From NCBI GenBank assembly GCA_963727825.1, contig CAVSHO010000009.1:160001-224000 (forward strand): a DNA stretch of 64,000 bases, given 5' to 3'. Below are positions 1 to 7,624 of the stretch, in pieces. A program made the position numbers and the translations under genes. Source of the stretch: Ignavibacteriota bacterium. GTDB taxonomy: Bacteria; Bacteroidota; Ignavibacteria; UBA10030. The stretch's first letter is position 1; each line of letters opens with the position of its first letter. The notes below the pieces were generated by a model that saw only the letters and a program-made list of their open reading frames with translations, did no database searches and was not told the DNA's origin.

Positions 1-163
1 ACTTTAGCTCGCTTTTAGCAAGTTCTTCAAGCTCGCGCTGTTTGGCAATCATTTCCCTGCGCTTGCTCTGGACAATTGCCATGATAAATCCCACGGCAAG
101 CAGGAGAAGCACAAATGTGCCCACGCCTATTGTCCATAATATATTTATTGCGGTATCTGGCAT
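1..163 (-). CDS. N-terminus of a single-TM membrane protein, probably a sensor histidine kinase (runs off the window edge)
   Basis: Manual translation gives MPDTAINIIWTIGVGTFVLLLLAVGFIMAIVQSKRREMIAKQRELEELAKSELK, one TM helix then a coiled coil. No kinase domain is visible in the window, so the function is inferred. Confidence 0.5.
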   Translation of the reverse strand, partial: MPDTAINILWTIGVGTFVLLLLAVGFIMAIVQSKRREMIAKQRELEELAKSELK

Positions 164-180
164 AAAAATTTCTAAAATGA

Positions 181-351
181 AACCTTCCGAAGGGCTGGAA
201 GCCTGATAATGTTGCCCCGCAATGCGGGGCATCTTTTCCATTTACTTCGGAAGGTTAACTTAAACCTACCCGCAGCAGGCGGGGATTCTACGGTAACCTT
301 GTCAAGGTTTAACCTGCCTGCCGTCTTTCTGGCGGGAACCTTGACAAGGTT
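181..351. repeat. Two REP-like inverted doublets
   Basis: AACCTTCCGAAGG (181) / ACTTCGGAAGGTT (244) and AACCTTGTCAAGGTT (295) / AACCTTGACAAGGTT (337), with GC hairpins in the spacers. Confidence 0.75.
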
Positions 352-364
352 ACACGTTTTTGTT

Positions 365-801
365 TTACTTTGCCAATGCTAATGTCTCCATTGTAAATGG
401 AGATGTTTCATCGCAAAATGGTGGACAGATTTCCACTTTTCTCCATAATACTACCTGTTATCATATCTTTTCCCGCGCCATCAACTCCGACAAGCACAAC
501 TGTGAATTTATCATTCTCTTGTGCCCAATACATTTTAATTTTCTCACATCCAGGTTGTGCAAGTATTTTATCAAATGCGCCACGGTCAAATGAAGCACCT
601 TGAGTTTGGGGCGCTTGAGGATTCTTGCGGAAGTTACTGACAAGTTGTAATCCTTCGCATCCAAAGCTGATCTCGTGTTTTTCGGCTCCAATAAATGTTT
701 TATCTTTTGAATCAGTTGCACTTACTTTCGTTCCGATAAAAAATGAAAGCGTACAAATAACGAGGGCAATTACCCCCCCCCCACAATAATAGTTTTTTCA
801 T
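365..801 (-). pseudogene. CPPxC-motif small protein paralog with an N-terminal signal/TM segment; two apparent frameshifts (G10 tract and near the C-terminus)
   Basis: Reconstructed as MKKLLLWGGVIALVICTLSFFIGTKVSATDSKDKTFIGAEKHEIS...KNP...GASFDRGAFDKILAQPGCEKIKMYWAQENDKFTVVLVGVDGAGKDMITGSIMEK/VEICPPFCDETSPFTMETLALAK, colinear with ORF 1547-1879. RBS AAGGAG lies upstream. The ORF track misses it. It may be intact if the indels are sequencing errors. Confidence 0.85.
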
Positions 802-845
802 TTTGCTGCTCCTTTTGTATTGTTTGTTTTTGGTTGATTAAGATT

Positions 846-889
846 ACCTTCCGAAGGTCTCGGCGGATCTGTATTGACCTTCGGAAGGT
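846..889. repeat. REP-like inverted doublet
   Basis: ACCTTCCGAAGGT (846) and ACCTTCGGAAGGT (877). Confidence 0.75.
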
Positions 890-893
890 CAAT

Positions 894-1545
894 TTATACC
901 GGCATTAACCGTTTTGCATAAAAAAGCACGAAGGAAAAAATATACTGCATTACAATAAATACATCATTTAACGGCCAGATTGCTCTGAGCAGTTTTCGGT
1001 TTGATATCAACATTGGGGTAAATAATCCGAAAAAGAAGAATGTGACTACTGCATATAAAACTATTCCTGACAGAACCCAGAAACGAATATCTTTTTTCAA
1101 AACAATATTTGTCTCTTTTATAGATTCTCAGCAATATCCACCCTCCAAAACCGATTTGGATGAGTTGAGCAATTGGCTCAGTATAATTATCCCATCCAGT
1201 AAATGACTCAAAGGTAAATTTTCCGATTATCCAAATTAGCAAATAAACTGCAAATCCAGCCCAAATTAAAAATCCATTTCGCTTGCTTGTTCGCCATAAA
1301 TAAAAAATACATGAGAACAATAATAATTCAATCACTGCAAAACTTTGGCCCATTAAATAAGTATGAATTTTTTTATGAACCATAACATCTATTACTATAT
1401 CGACGATTAATGAGCAAATGATATACCATTCAAGAATCCTAAGAGGTAATGTTAGTTGTTTATATCTTCTTAACCCAATAAATCCTACGACACAAACAAA
1501 AACTTGAGCAGTATATATTGCCACATACACATAATCTAGAGACAT
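894..1545 (-). CDS. Multi-pass (about 7 TM) membrane protein, frameshifted near 1110-1130
   Basis: ORFs 964-1545 and 894-1100 join into one hydrophobic protein (...KKDIRFWVLSGIVLY...). It starts 1 nt after the stop of the CPPxC gene. Confidence 0.75.
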
Positions 1546-1546
1546 A

Positions 1547-1879
1547 CTATGCCTTCAAGAGTTCACTTGTTTCATCGCAAATTGGTGGACAAAACGAACC
1601 TCTCTCCATAATACTTGCAGTCATATCTTTACCAGCTTTATCAACACCAACAAGAACTAAATTAGGTTTGCCATCCTCATCGCGTCCATGATAATATCGC
1701 AAACCTTTACAATCCGGATGGGCAAGAATTTTATCAATTGCTCCACGGTCAAATGAGCCGCCGTGAAGTTTGGGATGGATCGGGTTTTTCTTGTGGCGTT
1801 GTATGTGCTGCTTTGCCTCGTCCAAAGAAATCTCGTGTTTTTCCGCACCCGGAAATTTTGCATCTACTTTTGCAGCCAT
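1547..1879 (-). CDS. Small CPPxC-motif protein of unknown function
   Basis: 110 aa, RBS AAGGAGG, motifs SFDRGAIDKILAHPDC, LVLVGVD and CPPICD; paralog at 365-801. Confidence 0.85.
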   Translation of the reverse strand: MAAKVDAKFPGAEKHEISLDEAKQHIQRHKKNPIHPKLHGGSFDRGAIDKILAHPDCKGLRYYHGRDEDGKPNLVLVGVDKAGKDMTASIMERGSFCPPICDETSELLKA

Positions 1880-1910
1880 GACTAATCCTCCTTATATGAT
1901 TAATAATTCA

Positions 1911-2080
1911 AGACTTCTGAAATATTCGGGATTGTCATTTCGAAGAATCCAGAACGACAACTTGTCCGCCATTGTTTTGGCGGAAGTCAATCGGGAGACT
2001 GAGAAATCTTAATAAAAAGAAAGATTTCTCTCCCGATTGACATCGGGATCGAAATGACAAACAATATTTTTCAGAGGCCT
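1911..2080. mobile_element. MITE-like nested inverted-repeat element
   Basis: Outer CTGAAATATT / AATATTTTTCAG, then TGTCATTTCGA (1933) / TCGAAATGACA (2049), and inner GAGAAATCT / AGATTTCTC. Confidence 0.7.
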
Positions 2081-2417
2081 CAATTTAATACTGTTGTTTA
2101 GTAAAGCACATAAAAGTATATGTAAACAAACTTTTACAAGTCGCTCATAACATTACCAAGAAGGAGATTTACTGTTTTAAAGACTGCCAACAAGTTAAGC
2201 AAAATTTGGAATTATGCAACGAAAAGATACAATACTTTACCAAGACAATGAGACTTCGAAGTGTATCTCTCCGACCGCTTAAACTTGCCCGCCGAAGGAA
2301 CGCAGGCGGGGCGATCGGAGAGATCGCTGCACCCAGATATGTATCATTGTGAAACACAATCTAAATAAAGAGCTATCGAAAACTTGCATCCGATAAAAAC
2401 GTAATCCTTCGACAAAC

Positions 2418-2492
2418 CCTCAACGTGAGGCCTCAACGTGAGACCTCGGCGTGAGACCTCGGCGTGAGCTCGGTCGGACGCTCGGTCGAACG
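2418..2492. repeat. Short tandem repeats (4 x 13 bp, then 2 x 12 bp)
   Basis: CCTCAACGTGAG(G/A) x2, CCTCGGCGTGAG(A) x2, CTCGGTCG(G/A)ACG x2. Confidence 0.9.
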
Positions 2493-2581
2493 TTCAATGT
2501 GACTTCAAGTAATTTTTTTAAGATAAGTTCTAAAAGAAAAGTGGTCTTACCATGGCAATTCATTTCAAAGGGAAAAAACCC

Positions 2582-2623
2582 TTGACACAAGTGTCAATAA
2601 GTCATAATATGCAAACGTTTGCA
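2582..2623 (+). promoter_or_regulatory. Putative promoter with a LacI-family operator palindrome upstream of the gal genes
   Basis: TTGACA at 2582 inside the palindrome TTGACACAAGTGTCAA; perfect palindrome TGCAAACGTTTGCA at 2610-2623 with the central AAACGTTT typical of LacI/GalR operators. Confidence 0.65.
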
Positions 2624-2624
2624 A

Positions 2625-2714
2625 ATGAAGCATCCGACTATTATTGATATCGCCCATAAACTGAAGATTTCTCTTTCAAGTGCCCTCAATGATCATCCGA
2701 ATATGGACATATAA
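2625..2714 (+). pseudogene. Remnant of a LacI-family regulator (partial HTH)
   Basis: MKHPTIIDIAHKLKISLSSALNDHPNMDI* resembles the LacI N-terminus (TI.DIA...S.STVSRALNDHP) with a small deletion. Confidence 0.7.
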
Positions 2715-2715
2715 T

Positions 2716-2820
2716 ATCTATAAATCTGTCCTGAACAAAAAAGCTTCTGATGCAAATCTTCTCTGGGTAGGATGCATGTCAACTATTGTCGGTATTATGA
2801 TTTCCTTAGTAACTGCGTAA
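2716..2820 (+). pseudogene. Internal fragment resembling a sodium:solute symporter
   Basis: IYKSVLNKKASDANLLWVGCMSTIVGIMISLVTA* resembles the SSS-family DIY...KKASD...L.VGR..T segment. Confidence 0.5.
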
Positions 2821-2912
2821 TGAGAAAGAAGTTCCTTTATATTTTACGTGGAGGTTTTATGATTGTCTTCGGGGGTGGAATGTATTTGAAAATGAGAAAG
2901 CAGATAAGGTGA

Positions 2913-4094
2913 ATGTATATGAGTTTTATTCAGTCGGTTACAACTATATTTAGGGAAAAATTCAAAGAACAACCCTTATTATTTCGTTCACCCGGAAGAG
3001 TGAATCTTATTGGCGAGCACACGGATTACAATATGGGGTATGTCCTTCCGGCAGCAATCGATAAAGCAATTATTTTTGCAATTACTCCGCGAAGCGATCG
3101 ACAGTGCATTGTGTATGCAATGGACATGAACGATGAGCATGAATTTTCGTTAGATAATCTTCAATTCTCAAAAAAGGGATGGCCGAATTATTTAATGGGG
3201 GTGGTGGATCAGTTAGTCAAAGCGAAGTATAATATAAGAGGATTTAATTGTGTTTTTGGAGGAGACATTCCAATCGGTGCAGGGATGTCGTCCTCTGCAG
3301 CACTCGAAGCAGGTTTGGCTTTTGCGCTTAACTCTATGTTCGATTTACAGATCGATGCACTTTCACTTGTTAAGCTTGCTCAAAAGGCAGAGAATGAATT
3401 TGTCGGTGTTCGGTGCGGCATTATGGATCAATATATAAACATTTTTGGAACACGAGATAACGTCCTTCGTATTGATTGCCGCTCATTGGAATACAAATAC
3501 TATCCGTTTGCTTTCGGCAATATATCTCTCGTTCTCTTTGACACATGCGTCTCGCATTCATTGGCATCGTCAGAATATAACCGAAGAAGAGAAGAATGCG
3601 GCGAGGGAGTAGAAATAATAAAAAATATTTATCCAGATGTGTGCCATTTACGAGATGTATCTATTGAGATGCTGCAAAAATGCAAGAACAAGATGGATCC
3701 GGTAATATATCGAAGGTGTAAATATGTCGTAGAGGAAAACGGTCGAGTGCTTAGTGCGTGCATCGAACTAGAACAAGGAAACTTGAAAGCTTTTGGTGCC
3801 CTTATGAACAAAACACACGATGGATTGAGCCGCGACTATGAGGTAAGCTGCGCAGAACTTGATTATCTAGTAGAGTTGGTCAAGGACAATCCATACGTCT
3901 ACGGTGCGCGGATGATGGGTGGCGGGTTTGGAGGGTGCACGATCAATCTCATTGAACGTCAAGCGGTCGAAGAAGTCAACCAGCGGGTAGCAGAGAAATA
4001 TAAAAAAGAATTTCACATCGACTTAAAGACCTACATTACGTCCATCGATTCAGGAACACATATTATCACAGCGAACGAATATGCAGCAGACTAA
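2913..4094 (+). CDS. galK: Galactokinase
   Basis: PGRVNLIGEHTDYN, PIGAGMSSSAA and GARMMGGGFGG GHMP-kinase motifs. Confidence 0.97.
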   Translation: MYMSFIQSVTTIFREKFKEQPLLFRSPGRVNLIGEHTDYNMGYVLPAAIDKAIIFAITPRSDRQCIVYAMDMNDEHEFSLDNLQFSKKGWPNYLMGVVDQLVKAKYNIRGFNCVFGGDIPIGAGMSSSAALEAGLAFALNSMFDLQIDALSLVKLAQKAENEFVGVRCGIMDQYINIFGTRDNVLRIDCRSLEYKYYPFAFGNISLVLFDTCVSHSLASSEYNRRREECGEGVEIIKNIYPDVCHLRDVSIEMLQKCKNKMDPVIYRRCKYVVEENGRVLSACIELEQGNLKAFGALMNKTHDGLSRDYEVSCAELDYLVELVKDNPYVYGARMMGGGFGGCTINLIERQAVEEVNQRVAEKYKKEFHIDLKTYITSIDSGTHIITANEYAAD

Positions 4095-5127
4095 ATTGTT
4101 ACGATTTCCTCATCGAAGAAAAAATATACTAACAGGAGAATGGATTCTTGTTTCTCCACAGAGAACTCAGCGACCTTGGCAAGGAGAGATCTCTACTACT
4201 CCGAATGTACAGAACCTTGAATATGAATCAGGATGTTATTTGTGCCCGGGGAATAAGCGCGCAAACGGCGAAATTAATCCTCAGTATACCGGAACCTATG
4301 TCTTTACAAATGATTTCTCTGCACTAATTCCGGATATTCCGGCCGAACGGATCCAGGAGAATGATTTGCTTGTCTCGAAAGCAGAACGAGGAATATGCCG
4401 GGTCGTTAATTATTCGCCGAAACATAACTTAACTCTTGCTGAAATGACCGAAAATGAAATTGAACAAGTTATTGCCACCTGGCAGGAAGAGTTCAGAATG
4501 TTAGGAGAGAAACCTTACATCAACCACGTGCAAATATTTGAGAATAAAGGATCGATTATGGGAAATAGCAATCCGCACCCTCATTGCCAGATATGGGCGC
4601 AGGAAGGCATTCCCATGGAAACTAAAAAAGAGTTGAAACAATTCAAGGCATATTCTTCCAGGAAGAAACGAGGATTACTAACGGATTACCTGAAACTAGA
4701 GTTGCGTTTAAAGGACCGTTTAGTTTTTGAGAATGCATCGTTCGTTGTTGTGGTTCCATACTGGGCAATATGGCCGTATGAAACTATGATCATTCCAAAA
4801 AGAAGAATCTCCAATATTCTTCAATTGAAACCCGATGAACGAAAAGGTTATGCTGGTGCGATAAAAGCTGTAACCGTTAAGTACGATAACTTGTTTAATA
4901 TCTCATTCCCATATTCTGCTGGTTTGCATCAGGCGCCAACTGATAATCGCCGGCATAGCGAATGGCATTTTCATATGCACTTTTATCCACCGCTTCTTCG
5001 ATCGGCACAGATTAAAAAGTTTATGGTCGGATATGAAATGCTCGCTGAGCCTCAACGAGATATCACACCCGAAGAAAGCGCAAGAACTCTCCGGGAGTTA
5101 TCCATAGTACACTTTAAAATAGTTTAG
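4081..5127 (+). CDS. galT: Galactose-1-phosphate uridylyltransferase
   Basis: RPWQG, CYLCPGN, FENKG..MGNSNPHPHCQ and HMHFYPPLLRSA motifs. Confidence 0.97.
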   Translation: MQQTKLLRFPHRRKNILTGEWILVSPQRTQRPWQGEISTTPNVQNLEYESGCYLCPGNKRANGEINPQYTGTYVFTNDFSALIPDIPAERIQENDLLVSKAERGICRVVNYSPKHNLTLAEMTENEIEQVIATWQEEFRMLGEKPYINHVQIFENKGSIMGNSNPHPHCQIWAQEGIPMETKKELKQFKAYSSRKKRGLLTDYLKLELRLKDRLVFENASFVVVVPYWAIWPYETMIIPKRRISNILQLKPDERKGYAGAIKAVTVKYDNLFNISFPYSAGLHQAPTDNRRHSEWHFHMHFYPPLLRSAQIKKFMVGYEMLAEPQRDITPEESARTLRELSIVHFKIV

Positions 5128-5219
5128 CGCTGCCAAATCCAAATATGCAATCTTCTCAATCATTTATCCATCACACTTACATCGAGTGAAGTCTGAATAG
5201 AGAGGAATATCCAACAACA

Positions 5220-6224
5220 ATGTATTCGCCCAATCTTGATAGATATAGTTCCATGAGATACAATCGGTGCGGTCATAGCGGAATCAAACTATCCGCAATT
5301 TCACTGGGGTTGTGGCATAACTTCGGAAGCGTTGACAGCTTCGCGAATGCAAGAGCAATGCTACACCGGGCTTTTGATTTGGGAATTACTCACTTTGATC
5401 TTGCGAATAATTATGGTCCGGCTCCCGGATCTGCCGAAGAGAATTTTGGGAAGATTTTGAAAAAGGATTTTTTAAAGTATCGCGATGAGTTGATAATTTC
5501 TTCTAAGGCCGGTTATCCCATGTGGCCGGGGCCATATGGGGACTGGGGTTCAAGAAAATATTTGATTGCGAGTTTAGATCAGAGTTTGAAAAGAATGGGA
5601 TTGGAGTATTTAGATATATTCTACCACCACCGCCCAGATCCGGAAACACCACTTGAAGAAACCATGCAGGCGCTTGATCAGATTGTCCGAAGTGGGAAGG
5701 CATTTTATATTGGAATTTCAAATTATCCTGCCGACCTGACATTACGAGCGTCAACAATATTAAAAGAGCTGGGAACGCCTTGTCTTATTCATCAAGCAAA
5801 ATACAATATGTTCAACCGTTGGATTGAAGAAGATCTTCTAACTGTTTTGAAGAAAGAAAGGATCGGATGTATCGCATTCTCTCCTTTAGCACAAGGCCTG
5901 CTCACTGATAGGTATTTGAATGGAATTCCATCGGATTCGCGCGCTGCAAAACCTCATGGCTTTTTAAAAGTGGAAGAAGTGACAGATGAGAAAAGAAATT
6001 TATCTCGGCAATTAAATAAACTTGCTCAACAGCGAAATCAAACCATGGCGCAAATGGCATTAGCATGGGTGCTACGTCACAAAGAAATGACATCAGTCTT
6101 GGTCGGTACCAGCCGCGTTGCTCAAATTGAAGATGCTGTAGGCGCGTTAGCGAATCCCCATTTTTCCTCTGAGGAATTGAATGCAATAGATTTGATTCTT
6201 GCAGGAAAGAAGGAAAAGATATGA
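5220..6224 (+). CDS. Aldo/keto reductase (L-glyceraldehyde 3-phosphate reductase-like)
   Basis: SLGLWHNFG, THFDLANNYGP and WPGPYGDWGSRKY motifs of the YghZ/Gpr family. Confidence 0.9.
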   Translation: MYSPNLDRYSSMRYNRCGHSGIKLSAISLGLWHNFGSVDSFANARAMLHRAFDLGITHFDLANNYGPAPGSAEENFGKILKKDFLKYRDELIISSKAGYPMWPGPYGDWGSRKYLIASLDQSLKRMGLEYLDIFYHHRPDPETPLEETMQALDQIVRSGKAFYIGISNYPADLTLRASTILKELGTPCLIHQAKYNMFNRWIEEDLLTVLKKERIGCIAFSPLAQGLLTDRYLNGIPSDSRAAKPHGFLKVEEVTDEKRNLSRQLNKLAQQRNQTMAQMALAWVLRHKEMTSVLVGTSRVAQIEDAVGALANPHFSSEELNAIDLILAGKKEKI

Positions 6225-6674
6225 CAAAAGAATTGGTCACTTGATAGTGATCTTACTTGGAGTGGCAATACTTTGCTCTCAATCCAGAAGTCAATCTGAT
6301 GCAAAGAGATTAGAACGGTTCAAACCACTTTCTTTTGAAAAGGCCGATGTTAAGGCGAGTTCAATTTCCCTCCATTAAAAGACAATCTTCGACTGTAAAT
6401 GGATTATGAATCTATTTGAAAAAGCTTTAATAATAGACAAAGGAAAGGACAGTTGAACCTCTAAATAAAAAACTCTACATTATAATAATATTAACAGGTG
6501 ATAATCTATAATAGCCTATACTAAACCTCACAAAATCATAACATAAAAGCTCTGATTTAGTTCTTTGACGAGTTAGTATAGAAGAAAAAAGTATTGATTT
6601 AGATTCGATGCCCGGATGGCGAAATTGGCAGACCTGCCTGCCGGCAGGCAGGCGCGCTAGCAAGAAACGTAATT

Positions 6675-6926
6675 ATGAATTGGTTTGTCTATGCGATTCA
6701 AAGCATACAACGTAATTATATATATGTCGGATTAACTTCGGACTTAGAGAAAAGAATATCTCAACATAATAACGGTAAAGAACGAACAACGCGACCATAC
6801 AGACCATTTATATTAATACATCATGAAATGTTTGGGACTCGTTTAGAAGCAAGAAAAAGAGAAATCTATTTGAAATCTGGATGTGGAAAAGATTTTTTAA
6901 AAAATCTCTCTTCCTTAGCGAAGTGA
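6675..6926 (+). CDS. GIY-YIG nuclease family protein, copy 1
   Basis: FVYAIQS...YVGLTSDLEKRISQHN.G...TTRPYRP...EARKREIYLKSG.G. Confidence 0.92.
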   Translation: MNWFVYAIQSIQRNYIYVGLTSDLEKRISQHNNGKERTTRPYRPFILIHHEMFGTRLEARKREIYLKSGCGKDFLKNLSSLAK

Positions 6927-7020
6927 AACCGATACCAATGTGGATATAGTAAATTGCCCGGATGGCGAAATTGGCAGACCTGCCTGCCGGCAGGCAGGCG
7001 CGCTAGCAAGAAACGTAATT

Positions 7021-7272
7021 ATGAATTGGTTTGTCTATGCGATTCAAAGCATACAACGTAATTATATATATGTCGGATTAACTTCGGACTTAGAGAAGAG
7101 AATATCTCAACATAATAACGGTAAAGAACGAACAACGCGACCATACAGACCATTTATATTAATACATCATGAAATGTTTGGGACTCGTTTAGAAGCAAGA
7201 AAAAGAGAAATCTATTTGAAATCTGGATGTGGAAAAGATTTTTTAAAAAATCTCTCTTCCTTAGCGAAGTGA
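7021..7272 (+). CDS. GIY-YIG nuclease family protein, copy 2 (identical protein)
   Basis: Identical to copy 1 from the ATG at 7021. The extension to 6940 is read-through of the tRNA fragment. Confidence 0.92.
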   Translation: MNWFVYAIQSIQRNYIYVGLTSDLEKRISQHNNGKERTTRPYRPFILIHHEMFGTRLEARKREIYLKSGCGKDFLKNLSSLAK

Positions 7273-7301
7273 AACCGATACCAATGTGGATATAGTAAAT
7301 T

Positions 7302-7385
7302 GCCCGGATGGCGAAATTGGCAGACGCGCTAGCTTCAGGAGCTAGTGATCGCAAGGTCATGGGGGTTCAAGTCCCCCTTCGGGCA
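7302..7385 (+). tRNA. tRNA-Leu (anticodon CAG)
   Basis: Acceptor stem GCCCGGA/TTCGGGC, anticodon arm CTAGC-TTCAGGA-GCTAG, long variable arm, GGTTCAAGTCC T-loop; CCA is not encoded. Confidence 0.96.
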
Positions 7386-7393
7386 CTAAAATG

Positions 7394-7421
7394 AAAAGCC
7401 ACCCTTTGTGGGTGGTTTTTC
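7394..7421 (+). terminator. Rho-independent terminator after the tRNA
   Basis: AAAAGCCACCC-TTTGT-GGGTGGTTTTT hairpin with a U tract. Confidence 0.8.
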
Positions 7422-7624
7422 ATTTTTATACTTCATAAACGGATTTGTATTTCAAGTTGATCCCGACACACGAAAGTGTGACGGGAGAAATCCCGCTGCT
7501 TTTCAGCGGGATCCCATTTGGGGGCACAAAGACTCGCTTTGCAATATCTTTCTTTTTATCTTAATCTTAATTGAAAACTGTAAATAGCATCATCCATCAA
7601 CAATCACAACTCACCGCATAGAAA

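Larger units (their letters stand above)
6610..7301 (+). mobile_element. Two tandem 346-bp units, each a 5' tRNA-Leu fragment (with a 20-bp palindrome insert), a GIY-YIG gene and a spacer
   Basis: GCCCGGATGGCGAAATTGGCAGA recurs at 6610, 6956 and 7302. The units differ at one position that I found (6752 A vs 7098 G, synonymous). Confidence 0.9.

Noticed and set aside
360-721. ORFs 360-593, 397-603 and 461-721 as real genes
   Set aside because: They are antisense or off-frame shadows of the CPPxC paralog at 365-801.
2250-2345. Riboswitch upstream of the CPPxC operon
   Set aside because: I could not match any known aptamer consensus; it looks like a repeat-derived hairpin with an insert.
2418-2492. 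Possible CRISPR array
   Set aside because: The units are 12-13 bp and directly adjacent with no unique spacers, and there are no cas genes in the window.
6940-7020. Extended N-terminus of the second GIY-YIG ORF (PACRQAG)
   Set aside because: It is an incidental translation of the spacer, tRNA fragment and palindrome; copy 1 lacks it.
6610-7385. Group I intron with a homing endonuclease in the tRNA
   Set aside because: The non-coding parts of the unit are too short for a ribozyme core, and a complete uninterrupted tRNA follows.
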